From positions 59,920 to 123,919 of IMG/VR virus record IMGVR_UViG_3300021255_001366: DNA of 64,000 bases; one strand, given 5' to 3'. This document shows, piece after piece, positions 50,496 to 60,472 of the stretch (the stretch's first letter is position 1; every line of letters starts with the position of its first letter). The notes under the pieces were generated by a model. That model was not told where the DNA came from. It saw only the letters and a list, made by a program, of their open reading frames with translations, and did no database searches. The stretch is from a virus (Duplodnaviria; Caudoviricetes). A program made the position numbers and the translations under genes.

Positions 50496-50777
50496 ATGAA
50501 CAAGACAGTGAGATTTACAGTTAAGTACAACGAGGATTTTGAGAGAACACCGATTGAGGTATTGGATTTACCGCAGAAGGCAATCAATGTATGTGGTCGT
50601 AACAAGTTATTTACCATCAAGGATTTGATGGACAATTGGAGTCGCCTTGACAAGTTGAGAACTTGTGGCAAGACAACTTCAAAGGTACTGAGAAATGCAT
50701 TTATCAGGTTCTATCTTGAGAATGCAACCGATGAAAAGCAACTGAGATTCTTAGACGAGGTGAGCGAAGCGGTATAA
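50496..50777 (+). CDS. Stand-alone RNA polymerase alpha-CTD-like protein
   Basis: TPIEVLDLPQKAINVCGRNKLFTIKDL...LDKLRTCGKTTSKVL matches the alpha-CTD pattern IEELDLSVRxxNCLxxxxIxTxxDL...LxKxxNxGxKS. Confidence 0.7.
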   Translation: MNKTVRFTVKYNEDFERTPIEVLDLPQKAINVCGRNKLFTIKDLMDNWSRLDKLRTCGKTTSKVLRNAFIRFYLENATDEKQLRFLDEVSEAV

Positions 50778-50839
50778 ATGTAAACGGTTTCGGGTATGGC
50801 TCATGGAAGTCATACCCAAGAGAAAGTGAGGCAAAGCAT

Positions 50840-51798
50840 ATGACAATCAAGATGTTAAAGGAAATGATCAAGGACTTGCCGGATGATGAAAGATTATATC
50901 TTGATAATGGTTTTGACGTGTTCGATGGAGACGAAGTGTTAGATCTATGTTGTCTTGAATCTCCACAAGGAGAGCATAGAGTGTTAGCGAGAACAAGAGA
51001 TGATTTTGATACATCGGTCGTAATAGACGGAATGCTTGAATGCGCAAGCGAAACAAATATGAATGAGCAAGACTTTTGGATTTATGTTGACGCACTTGGT
51101 TACAAGCCAGAGGATTTCGAGAATGAACAGTGGGCAAGGGAACAACTTAAGAACTATGGTTTACTTTAGAAAGGAGTAAATATGGAACTGTACTACGCAA
51201 TTATGAACATCGTTGATTATCTTGCTAAGAACGGAAACGATTCAAAACTGTATGAAATCCTTGATACGCTGCTTGCCATGACGGATCACACGATTGAGGA
51301 TATTGCAGATGCAAACGATTGTGGTGGATGCTCCACTTGGAATGAGTTGGTAGATGGAATAAGGAAACTGTTTGAAACTGGGGAAAGGAGTTGAGCGTAT
51401 GACAGTAAAAGAATTCTTAGATCGCATAGAAGATTATAACACTATTATTACAGTAAAGGCGGTGATTGATGATGAATGGAAAGTAGTTAGCAGTACCCCT
51501 GCTACTATGATGGGCGTTCCAGATGATGTAATGGAAAGCGAGATTATATCGTGGGGAGTATATGATGGGAAGATAATGATAAGAATATAAGGGAGGTAAT
51601 GATATGAACGGTGAATTATTTGCAAGAGTGATTATAAGCGAAACAGAACGTAAGGCAATTGAAAATGCAATAGTCGTTATGAATGAAGTTGCAGATGCTT
51701 ATAGAAAGACCGGATTGGAAAGTGTTCGGTTCTTAATTGACGACTTAAACGATGGTATCTCGGCACTCAAGGGAGTGCTCGAAGGATTGTATTACTAA
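50840..51798 (+). other. Four small hypothetical early genes (50840-51169, 51182-51394, ~51399-51590, 51604-51798)
   Basis: Consecutive ORFs, each with an RBS. Confidence 0.6.
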
Positions 51799-51829
51799 TC
51801 AAAGTAAGATTTGAAAGGAGATATTAAAA

Positions 51830-52459
51830 ATGAGTTTGTGGACTTATATAGATGGAACAATCACAGTAGAGCCAATGGGAAGAACACAAGCTGAGAAAAG
51901 ATATATTCTTGAAACGGTTTTAAATCATCTTCCTTTAGTGACCGGGTCTGAGAAAGATATGAATGTATATATCATTCAAAAGAACGGAACTAATTCCTCC
52001 AGTTCGTGCGATGAATATGGAGAACATACAAACAATCTCGTTAACCGATATGGATGTCATAATCGTGAAACAGGATGGCTTTATATTCAAAGCGAATATG
52101 TCTTGGTGGTTAACGGAAATTTTCGCGATAGGGAATTTGATGAGACATTTCGTGAATTTATGAACTGGCTCTGTAGATTGGCTAAACGAGTTTCAATTAA
52201 CGATATCTTGGTAAGGATTCAGGGTCTGGACAAACAGTATATCATAAACGATAACTGCGGTTGGGATTCTCCTTATTCACAAATGAAAGAGTACCCTAGT
52301 TGGTGTGAAGAGTCGAACGGCGAGCCTTGTTGGGCGGAACACTTAATGTGGGATAGGGCTAAGGATAGTGATTATCCAATGTTGCTTGCTTACAAGTATT
52401 TCGCTGATCCAGAAAATGATGCTGAAGTAGAACGCAGAAGAGAATTTAAAAACAAATAA
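51830..52459 (+). CDS. Hypothetical protein (cassette 1)
   Basis: 209 aa, MSLWTYIDG...LPLVTGSEKDM...GNFRDR. Confidence 0.7.
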   Translation: MSLWTYIDGTITVEPMGRTQAEKRYILETVLNHLPLVTGSEKDMNVYIIQKNGTNSSSSCDEYGEHTNNLVNRYGCHNRETGWLYIQSEYVLVVNGNFRDREFDETFREFMNWLCRLAKRVSINDILVRIQGLDKQYIINDNCGWDSPYSQMKEYPSWCEESNGEPCWAEHLMWDRAKDSDYPMLLAYKYFADPENDAEVERRREFKNK

Positions 52460-52493
52460 AAACAACATTTTATAAAAAAAGGAGATAATAAAA

Positions 52494-52652
52494 ATGGAAG
52501 AGAAAAAGAATTTTGTAACGGCAGAGGGAACATTCAAGTACTATGATGAAGTACCCGCACTTATTGTTGAAGGGAAGAATTTTGAAAAGACATTCTACGA
52601 TAATGAAGCAAGAGAGTTGTTTAAGACACTAATTGGCATAACAAATAAATAA
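52494..52652 (+). CDS. Small hypothetical protein (cassette 2, 52 aa)
   Basis: Read by eye: RBS aaggag, MEEKKNFVTAEG...GITNK*. Confidence 0.6.
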   Translation: MEEKKNFVTAEGTFKYYDEVPALIVEGKNFEKTFYDNEARELFKTLIGITNK

Positions 52653-52678
52653 AAAACGAATATTTAAGGAGGTAAGAA

Positions 52679-52849
52679 ATGACTAACAAAGAAGCGGTGG
52701 AAAACAATAACGTTTTATTGTTTGAAGCAGAAGATTGTACCGATCCGATGTGGGAATATGTAATAGAAATACTGAAAGAAAATATTCCAGGATTCAATGT
52801 TGGATATGGTAATGGAAATTGGATGGCATTTGCTATACCAAAGGAATAA
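52679..52849 (+). CDS. Small hypothetical protein (cassette 3, 56 aa)
   Basis: Read by eye: RBS aggagg, MTNKEAVEN...AIPKE*. Confidence 0.6.
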   Translation: MTNKEAVENNNVLLFEAEDCTDPMWEYVIEILKENIPGFNVGYGNGNWMAFAIPKE

Positions 52850-52886
52850 AACGAACTTTAATGGAGAAAGTGAGGTAGAAAAATAA

Positions 52887-53117
52887 ATGTATATATATGG
52901 TATCTTATTAAATAATTTAATAACGCATAATTTTTATACAAACGATAGCTATCCTCCAGAAGAATATATGAAATTCTATGATGAGCATGTTGATGAAGTT
53001 GAAGACTTGTTTTGTGATCATATACCGTTGTCGATGGAAGAATATATCAAGGATATATATAGTAATTATGGGCTTACGACTATGACTATTTGTACTGAAG
53101 AAAAAGAAATCAAATAA
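52887..53117 (+). CDS. Hypothetical protein (cassette 4)
   Basis: In the ORF track; bounded by repeats. Confidence 0.55.
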   Translation: MYIYGILLNNLITHNFYTNDSYPPEEYMKFYDEHVDEVEDLFCDHIPLSMEEYIKDIYSNYGLTTMTICTEEKEIK

Positions 53118-53144
53118 ACAAAATTTTTGAAGGAGGTAAATAAT

Positions 53145-53372
53145 ATGGCAAAGTACAGAGTTTGTGTAGAAAGTATTGATTATCTTTATATTGATATTGA
53201 AGCAGATACACCGGAAGAGGCAAAGGAATTTGCTGACGAGTATGTAGATGGTGGAGATTTTCATCACAACGCAACAGATGTTGGTTGGAGATATACTGAA
53301 ACAATAAAACTTAAAGATGATGCAATAGTAGATTATAACATAAAGAAATTTATGAAAGAATTAAAAAGATAA
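53145..53372 (+). CDS. DpnD/PcfM-like small protein (cassette 5)
   Basis: KYRVCVES...IDIEADTPEEAKEFA. Confidence 0.55.
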   Translation: MAKYRVCVESIDYLYIDIEADTPEEAKEFADEYVDGGDFHHNATDVGWRYTETIKLKDDAIVDYNIKKFMKELKR

Positions 53373-53399
53373 AACAAGGTTTTTAAGGGAGGCGGTTGT

Positions 53400-53678
53400 A
53401 TGGATAGAGATTATGGGTTTTATGAATTAGGACTTGGAACTCGTACTGATGAGACAAACCCTGATTATGTGTGTAGAGGATTGTGGGATTCTGAATACAG
53501 CATAGTGATTAAGGCAGATCATTCACCAGATTTTGAAGAAGCCGAGGAGTTTATAAGGGAAGATTTAAAACGGCTTAAATATGACGGTGTGTATTCAATA
53601 ACAGAAATCACAGAGGACGAGGTATATAGTTTCTTTGATACGAGTAATATAGATAATTGGAAAGTGTTGAGAAGATAA
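53400..53678 (+). CDS. Hypothetical protein (cassette 6)
   Basis: ORF with an RBS, bounded by repeats. Confidence 0.6.
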   Translation: MDRDYGFYELGLGTRTDETNPDYVCRGLWDSEYSIVIKADHSPDFEEAEEFIREDLKRLKYDGVYSITEITEDEVYSFFDTSNIDNWKVLRR

Positions 53679-53705
53679 AATAATGTTTTTAAGGGAGATG
53701 ATTAT

Positions 53706-54020
53706 ATGGTTATAGACAAAAAATTCTTTGATGAATGTTTCTGTCCTGTACAAGGAATTGGAAGAGTTTGTTTAAGAGGAGATAAGAGCATTCCTAAATT
53801 TCTTGAAGATTATGGTAGAGAAAAAGACGGAAACGAGTACGATTCGAGTTGCTTTAGTATAGACATTATGATTGAAAATGAAAAGCCTATTGGCGGAGTG
53901 ATCAATTATATGGCAGAACACGAGATGTGGAGCGAAATTCCTTGTGATAATTATATAGAAGCGTTCGATTATTATAAGGCAAATACAACTGACAGAACAT
54001 GGAAAGAAACCATAAAATAA
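53706..54020 (+). CDS. Hypothetical protein (cassette 7)
   Basis: ORF with an RBS, bounded by repeats. Confidence 0.6.
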   Translation: MVIDKKFFDECFCPVQGIGRVCLRGDKSIPKFLEDYGREKDGNEYDSSCFSIDIMIENEKPIGGVINYMAEHEMWSEIPCDNYIEAFDYYKANTTDRTWKETIK

Positions 54021-54042
54021 CTTTTTCAAAGGAGGTGGCGAT

Positions 54043-54264
54043 ATGTTTAACACATTATCTAATGGAGATTATTGGTATTACGAATGGGAAGATGGTGGTA
54101 AGGGAATTGTGAAAGCAGACAGTTCTGAAGAAGCAGAACGCAAAGTAAGAGAATCGTATAAGAAACATGGATATGAAGATACATCTGAAGAAGTATATAT
54201 CTATGAAATATGGCAGAAACCTTTTGAAGATTCGCCGGATGTAATAGAAATATGTGAACAATAA
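54043..54264 (+). CDS. Hypothetical protein (cassette 8)
   Basis: GIVKADSSEEAERKV; bounded by repeats. Confidence 0.6.
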   Translation: MFNTLSNGDYWYYEWEDGGKGIVKADSSEEAERKVRESYKKHGYEDTSEEVYIYEIWQKPFEDSPDVIEICEQ

Positions 54265-54283
54265 AAGCAGAGTTTGAAGGGAG

Positions 54284-54568
54284 ATGAATGGAATGTATAA
54301 AGAGGAAGTTGCTTTAAGATTTGGGTATCCTTATGAACGAATTGATGAAGCAAAAAAACTTGAAAGGTTACTTGATAGTAAGGAAATTAAATTTCTATTC
54401 TATGAAAGTAACGGATATTGGAAGCATGAATTTGTGGTTAGGCGGTCTGCTGGTTATACATGGAATGAGATAATGGGACTTATTAACTCTGTATATGCAC
54501 CCTCAAATTATAAAAAAGAAAAAACGTGGTTTAACAATGATGAAGAGGAAATTGTATTTTGTAACTAA
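54284..54568 (+). CDS. Hypothetical protein (cassette 9)
   Basis: ORF with an RBS, bounded by repeats. Confidence 0.6.
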   Translation: MNGMYKEEVALRFGYPYERIDEAKKLERLLDSKEIKFLFYESNGYWKHEFVVRRSAGYTWNEIMGLINSVYAPSNYKKEKTWFNNDEEEIVFCN

Positions 54569-54638
54569 TAAAAGTTGAGTTTGATTGAGATTGAACCGGA
54601 CGAGTTGTATGAACTCTTAGAAGGAAAGGAGTAAAAAT

Positions 54639-56211
54639 ATGGTCAAAGATAAGATGATTGGTGTTGTTATTAGACATGACTTTAATGATTATGAGATTAT
54701 GCTTACGGATTTTACGAAGGAAGATGACAAAAAGTTATGGGATATAATTTCGGATTACTCAGATGATGGTATTTGCGGTCAGCGAGGTGATCGACATTTA
54801 ACATTAGAGGATTGCAACGTAGCCTGGTTGGAAGAAACATGGCAACCGATGTACAGAAATACAGCAAATCATTTTGATATTGTTGATATCTCAATAATCT
54901 TTAAGAGATATGTTGAGATTAACGGAACTCATAAAGGATTTGAGGAGTATGTTAATAGCGGCTTTATGAATGGAAATGAAAAGGAATATGAGGAGGTATA
55001 AAGATGGAGAGATATATTTCAGATTCAAAGCCAGTCTACACAAGAGAAGTAGCCAAAGACATTGTTGAGTTGTTCGAGGACTTGCTTGACAAACACAACA
55101 TCGACATTCCGGACGAAGACAGAGAATGCGGAGATGATGACCAAGCGAGATTGTTCGGTACAACTTGGGACACTCTAGTGACAGATGTAGAGTGTATGAT
55201 TATTGAACTGATGGAAAGAACGGGAACAGACTACAAGGCAGACAAGTACAACGAAGGCAATTGGATTAATTAGGAGGTGTTCATATGGATTTAATGCTTA
55301 AGAATATGTTAGGTCAGTTACAGGTGTTGACACAGTGCGGTGGTATCAGAAGTTACTACGACAACGAAGCTCCAGAGGAATATCAGTATAAGGATTCTAC
55401 AAAGGTACATAACTTCTTGAGTATTTGCGAAGAAGTTGCTGGTGAATTATTAGACGAGGATATTAATCAGGCAGAATGGTTAATCACACAGTTCTGCTTA
55501 GGAGTATTATTTGAAGAGGCACACAACCATCGCTTCCCTTGGCTTGAAGAGGTTACACATCTCTGCTTAGAGTATATGGACATTGATCTCTCAAACACAG
55601 AGAGAATTGATGAAATTCCCGAAGAGATTATAGAGATTGTCAAAAAAGAGATTGACAAGGAAGAAAAAGAGGTAAACGAAACAAAGACATACAGAGTGAG
55701 CGTAGGAATTACACAGACCGGATACTACGATGTAGAAGCAACATCTAAAGAGGAGGCGAAAGAAAAGATAAAGAGAATGACATACGAAGATTTAATCGAA
55801 GACCTTGAAGATGTAGACATTGTCAACGGAGAAGTGCTTGATGTTTGGACAAACGACGATGACGAGTAAGGAGGAATAAAAAATATGGAATATACTTTTG
55901 TTACAGTAAAGCAGATGGCGGATTGGTTGAGAGCATGTAACAACGGAGACGAACTTGGTTTTACAAATGATGAGAAAGAAGACATCGAGGTAAACGGAGA
56001 ACCTACCGGATGGTACGGAGTAACAATTGTTGATCTGTTTGATTATCCAACAGTGGTGTTTGGATATTATGGAGGAGGCGCTATTTGTTGCGGTAGTATA
56101 AACGAATCGTTTGAAGATATGATTATTACATTCTTCAATCGTGAGTTTGACATCAAGTTAACTGAAGACTCGTTGGTATGTGTTGATGCGAATGATTATA
56201 GAAAGGAGTAA
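54639..56211 (+). other. Four acidic hypothetical genes (54639-55001, 55004-55273, 55285-55869, 55885-56211)
   Basis: Consecutive ORFs with RBS; 55285-55869 ends in a DpnD/PcfM-like module. Confidence 0.6.
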
Positions 56212-56218
56212 AAATAAT

Positions 56219-56689
56219 ATGAAAACATACAAGATGTTTAGATTAAAGAACGGAAGTCTTTATCCTTTGTTTGTTAACGCAAACAAAGAAACGCCAATTG
56301 GCGAATGGATAGCGGCCGAGGTTGGAGAAAAGAAAGATGATACACACGTTAAGTCTCGCCTTGGTGCACTGTCGCTTCGCCCCGGATGGCATTCAACGGA
56401 AACGCCATTTACAGATTGGATTGGTGAGAGACAAGAAGATGGAACTCTCGCACAGAGAAAAGATTGTGTATGGTGCGAATGCGAAGTTGAAGGAAATCAG
56501 TTGGAAGTAATTGATAGATACGGTTCTAGAGAGCTGCTTGATGGATGGTACTTCTTCAAAACTAACAGTAAGCAGAAAGAACCTTGGATTATTAGTAACA
56601 AACTTAAGGTAAACAGAATCCTTAGCAACAATGAGGTCGCAGATATTTGTAGAAGTAAAGGAATTGAACCACAGAAGTTAGCACAGTAA
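56219..56689 (+). CDS. Conserved phage hypothetical protein (LYPLFV, LSLRPGWH, VWCECE motifs)
   Basis: ORF with an RBS, followed by a terminator. Confidence 0.65.
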   Translation: MKTYKMFRLKNGSLYPLFVNANKETPIGEWIAAEVGEKKDDTHVKSRLGALSLRPGWHSTETPFTDWIGERQEDGTLAQRKDCVWCECEVEGNQLEVIDRYGSRELLDGWYFFKTNSKQKEPWIISNKLKVNRILSNNEVADICRSKGIEPQKLAQ

Positions 56690-56692
56690 ATG

Positions 56693-56720
56693 AAGCCCGC
56701 GGAAAGCCGTCGGGCTTTTT
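56693..56720 (+). terminator. Intrinsic terminator
   Basis: aagcccg...cgggcttttt. Confidence 0.65.
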
Positions 56721-56737
56721 GATTAGGAGGAAAAATT

Positions 56738-57583
56738 ATGAACAACGTAAAGCAGACCAAGAAAAAATTTGAGGAACTCAAGGGGCTTATCTTAGAGAAA
56801 GCAAAGATTAAGAAAGGAACGGCAACAGACAATGTAAAGCTTGGCAACATGGGATCATGGGCAATGTTGTTTGGTAGTTGTGAATGGTACATCCCGGAAC
56901 TTGATGTAACTGTGAAGGGAACTTGCGGAGAGCATTGTGGAGGGTGTTTTAATCCGCAGAATCCCAAGTGTTCTACTTGTTACGTAGCTAAGTCGTACGT
57001 TAAGTACACTAAGCGAAACGCAGATGGTACTGTTGGAGATATTCAGAAGAACAAATGCTCTGTGAAACTTGGTCACGCTTACAGAACTATCGCAATGACA
57101 ATGTTTAGAAAGGATTTACTTCTTTCACTTGATGCGCAGCTGACAAAGATGAAAAAGAAGTTGAATGTTGTTCGCATCAATGAGAGTGGAGAGTTCACTT
57201 GCTACGAAGATCTGGCAATGTGGTGCGAGTTAGCAAAAAGACATCCTGAAACAATCTTTTATGTATATACAAAGAACTATAAAGCTGTACGAAAAGCGTT
57301 GATTAACGCAATTGTTCCGAGCAATCTCTTCATTAACATCAGTGTTTGGCATCAGTTCGGTATTGAAGAGTACCTTGAAATGAAGGATCATCCACAGATT
57401 AGAGCATTCGTACTTGTTGATGATGAGTGGTCAAAGGAAAAGTACTACTCTAAGGGAGTTGAAATTACGAGTATGTGCGGTGCTTATGATGAGAATGGAA
57501 AGATGAATCACGCAGTAACTTGTGATAAGTGCAAAAAATGTTTTAGCAAAAACAATAAATGTACTGGATGTTACGAACACTAA
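56738..57583 (+). CDS. Gp88-like (radical-SAM-related) Cys-rich protein
   Basis: GTCGEHC...CYVAK, RINESGEF, FYVYTK, NLFINIS and CDKCKKC. Confidence 0.65.
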   Translation: MNNVKQTKKKFEELKGLILEKAKIKKGTATDNVKLGNMGSWAMLFGSCEWYIPELDVTVKGTCGEHCGGCFNPQNPKCSTCYVAKSYVKYTKRNADGTVGDIQKNKCSVKLGHAYRTIAMTMFRKDLLLSLDAQLTKMKKKLNVVRINESGEFTCYEDLAMWCELAKRHPETIFYVYTKNYKAVRKALINAIVPSNLFINISVWHQFGIEEYLEMKDHPQIRAFVLVDDEWSKEKYYSKGVEITSMCGAYDENGKMNHAVTCDKCKKCFSKNNKCTGCYEH

Positions 57584-57859
57584 GCGGTAAAATTAAAAGA
57601 AAGAGGTGTGAAAAATGAAAAGATACAGATGTGTTGATAAAAACAAAAAGGAAAGGAGCGATCCACATGAAAGCACTAAGACTTAAGATACACACGGACA
57701 GTAGAAAGTATGGCTTTAAAGTTGGCGATGAATTCATGGTTATAAGGAAAATAACCGGAGATTGTGTAATCATTATGCCAGATGATAAAACTCCAAGCAT
57801 AGTGATGGACGATGGAAAGATAAGAAAATATGGATACTTAAGATAAGGAGAACTAATAC

Positions 57860-58174
57860 ATGAATAAGGAAAACGTTAAACTTGTTGCGAAATCTGGAAA
57901 AACGGAGTTTGAAAGAGCCGATATGCTGATGCGCAGTATGTCGAAGTTGTTTATCGAAATGCTTGATTACAAGTATGCATATGATAATTACGAAGGTAAT
58001 AGAGAAGAGATTTTAAAAGACCGAACAATGGCGATTAAAAATGCAATGGCTGTTGTGCTCTCAGATGCTGAGATTTATATGTATTTACTAGGAATAACGG
58101 AATTGACAAAACAGAAAGCAAGTGGTAGAATTGATAAAGTAGCAAGATTAATTGAAAAGAAAGCGGGGGTGTAA
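57860..58174 (+). CDS. Hypothetical helical protein
   Basis: ORF with an RBS. Confidence 0.55.
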   Translation: MNKENVKLVAKSGKTEFERADMLMRSMSKLFIEMLDYKYAYDNYEGNREEILKDRTMAIKNAMAVVLSDAEIYMYLLGITELTKQKASGRIDKVARLIEKKAGV

Positions 58175-58177
58175 TAT

Positions 58178-58585
58178 ATGCTATTTGGATGGTTATTTGG
58201 AGCTGGAGTTATGGCTGGCGGATACGCAAAAAATGAATGGAAAAGAGCTGGAGCTAAGTCAGATGGTAAAGATATGTATACTGATATTAGTGGAATAAGG
58301 AGATATACGAATTCTAAATTGCCGTATGATCGAGATTATGAGAATTATAAAAAATATGGAACATTCCATCCAGATTTAGCAGAGGAGAATAATTCATTCA
58401 TTAAGTTTTGTAAAAAACGAATTAACGAAATTGAAACAAGTGAGAAACCAGATGAAGTTCTTATAGGTTATTATCACGAACATATCGAAAAAGAAATGGA
58501 GAAGTTAAGAAAACAGAGACAGTTCATGGCTTCTTTAGACGATTTGACGATGAAGCGTCTTCGCAAACAAGGATATGAGATATAG
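58178..58585 (+). CDS. Hypothetical protein with a hydrophobic N-terminus
   Basis: MLFGWLFGAGVMAGG. Confidence 0.55.
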   Translation: MLFGWLFGAGVMAGGYAKNEWKRAGAKSDGKDMYTDISGIRRYTNSKLPYDRDYENYKKYGTFHPDLAEENNSFIKFCKKRINEIETSEKPDEVLIGYYHEHIEKEMEKLRKQRQFMASLDDLTMKRLRKQGYEI

Positions 58586-58592
58586 TTAGGAG

Positions 58593-59120
58593 GTGTTTAA
58601 TTTGAAAATAGGCATATATGATATTATAAATAATCCATTACCTGAATTATTGTTAGAAAGAGAAATTACAGTAAAGAAAAGCGATTTTGAAACATGCTCA
58701 AATATAGTAAATCTGCTTAATAAAGAGTTAAAAATGAATAAACTTCACTCTGAACACATGTATGCTTTGGCGTTAACAATGGCTAATGAACCTAGGGGAA
58801 TTCTATTGTGCGGTGTAGGAAATAGCGAAGAAGTTCTTTTTAACAGCAGAGGATTAGCAACAGGCTTGTTACTGCTTGGAGCTGAACAGTTTATGGTCTT
58901 TCATAATCATCCAGGGTGTTCAAAGATTATATCAGATGGAGATAAAGATATCACAGAACGTATGGAAACAATAGGGAATTTATTGCAAATTAGATTCATT
59001 GATCACCTAATGATTACAAAAGGATATTATGCATCATGTAAAGATGTGTGTGATGATGATATCTCATATGATTTGGTTAAGGACATCTTGAATAAATGGC
59101 AAAATGGGGAGGTGTTGTAA
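58593..59120 (+). CDS. radC: RadC-family JAB domain protein
   Basis: EHMYALAL, FHNHPG..IS..D and FIDHLMI. Confidence 0.85.
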   Translation: MFNLKIGIYDIINNPLPELLLEREITVKKSDFETCSNIVNLLNKELKMNKLHSEHMYALALTMANEPRGILLCGVGNSEEVLFNSRGLATGLLLLGAEQFMVFHNHPGCSKIISDGDKDITERMETIGNLLQIRFIDHLMITKGYYASCKDVCDDDISYDLVKDILNKWQNGEVL

Positions 59121-60149
59121 ATGAATGGAAGACTAGAAAATAGTTTACAAATTCATAAGAAAATCGAAAATGAAATTCAGAATCTTCCGGAGTTTGTACT
59201 TGAGTGGTACTTTTATCTTAAGGCAAATAAAAAATCTGCTACAACGTGTCTTGATTATGTTCGTAAAGTTCGATTGTTTTTATCAACAATTAATGGAGAC
59301 ATTATAAATATCAAGCCTGACGATATTAAATCAAGTCATGTTACAAAATATTTCATTGACATTCAAACAAAAAGTGTGGTTGTCAACGGAAAAGAAACGA
59401 TTGAGTACACTTCGGATTCATATAGACAAACAGTGTGGTCATGCTTAAATAATCTGTTTGATTTTCTCGTAAGACAGGGATATATCGAATATAATCATAT
59501 TAAAAGGAGTAAAATTGAACGACCTAAGAATAAAGATTTAGCGAGAATAAACAGAAACAGAGTGCTTCTTGATGATGACGATTTTAGAGATATTATTGAA
59601 GCCGTTCGTAATGGTGCTGGATCTAATAAAGCAAAGGGATATCAGTATAGGTATCGCAACAGAGATTTATGTATGCTTAACATATTCATGTCTACTGGTA
59701 TAAGAAAGGGGGCATTAAGAGCAATCAATATTGAAGATATAGATATGGAGAAACGCACACTTACTGTTGTTGATAAGGGAGATATTATTCATGAATATGG
59801 ATTGTCTCAGATGACGATTGACTTTATTAACGCATGGCTAAAAGATAGATATTGGTTAAGTGGACATGATACCAATGCTTTATTTGTATCAAAAGAAGGA
59901 AATAGAATTTCGCAAAATGGAATTGACAAGATTGTTGCGAAGTATTCACAAGAAGCATTGGGGCATAAGATTAGTCCCCATAAATTGAGATCTGGATTCA
60001 TCAGCATAGTGCAAAGTAAAACGCATGATATTGAATTTGCCCGTAGAGCTGCCGGACATGCAAATGTTACAACAACACAGCGATATATTGTTACTGATAA
60101 TACAGAGAGTTTACAGGCAAGTGAAATGATTGCAGATATTCTTGACTAA
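59121..60149 (+). CDS. XerC/D-like tyrosine recombinase
   Basis: RD..MLNIFMSTGIRK, VVDKG, ALFVS, SPHKLRS and GHANVTTTQRY. Confidence 0.9.
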   Translation: MNGRLENSLQIHKKIENEIQNLPEFVLEWYFYLKANKKSATTCLDYVRKVRLFLSTINGDIINIKPDDIKSSHVTKYFIDIQTKSVVVNGKETIEYTSDSYRQTVWSCLNNLFDFLVRQGYIEYNHIKRSKIERPKNKDLARINRNRVLLDDDDFRDIIEAVRNGAGSNKAKGYQYRYRNRDLCMLNIFMSTGIRKGALRAINIEDIDMEKRTLTVVDKGDIIHEYGLSQMTIDFINAWLKDRYWLSGHDTNALFVSKEGNRISQNGIDKIVAKYSQEALGHKISPHKLRSGFISIVQSKTHDIEFARRAAGHANVTTTQRYIVTDNTESLQASEMIADILD

Positions 60150-60168
60150 CAAAGGAGTAAAAACAAAC

Positions 60169-60369
60169 TTGAACTACACAATTAACTATTTTGTCTGCCC
60201 CGAATGTGGTCACGAGATTCCCTTGCCGAGACGGAAATCAAAGGTAAGGGAGCGTGGTCACATCAAGGATTTATACTGCCCGTGGTGTGGCAAGGTACAA
60301 AAGACAAAGGAAATAAGACTAAACAGATCAGTTGTTAATTTAGCCGGAGAGGTGGTGGAGTATAAGTGA
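60169..60369 (+). CDS. Small Zn-ribbon protein
   Basis: CPECG...RERGHIKDLYCPWC. Confidence 0.6.
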   Translation: MNYTINYFVCPECGHEIPLPRRKSKVRERGHIKDLYCPWCGKVQKTKEIRLNRSVVNLAGEVVEYK

Positions 60370-60472
60370 AGATGGAATTAAACGCAATGGAAGCAATTGC
60401 AATAGCAGATAGAGCATAAGATTTTAGGAAACATGTTAGGGAAGCTATAGAAACAAAACGAGAGGTGATCTA

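Larger units (their letters stand above)
51798..54585 (+). repeat. Ten copies of an ~18-bp imperfect palindrome ATAAAA-N6-TTTNA(A/T), one at each gene junction
   Basis: Copies start at 51798, 52456, ~52650, ~52845, 53114, 53369, 53675, 54012, 54261 and 54568. Confidence 0.75.

Noticed and set aside
51798-54585. CRISPR interpretation of the recurring repeats
   Set aside because: The repeats are degenerate 18-mers separated by whole genes of about 180-640 bp, and no cas genes are present.
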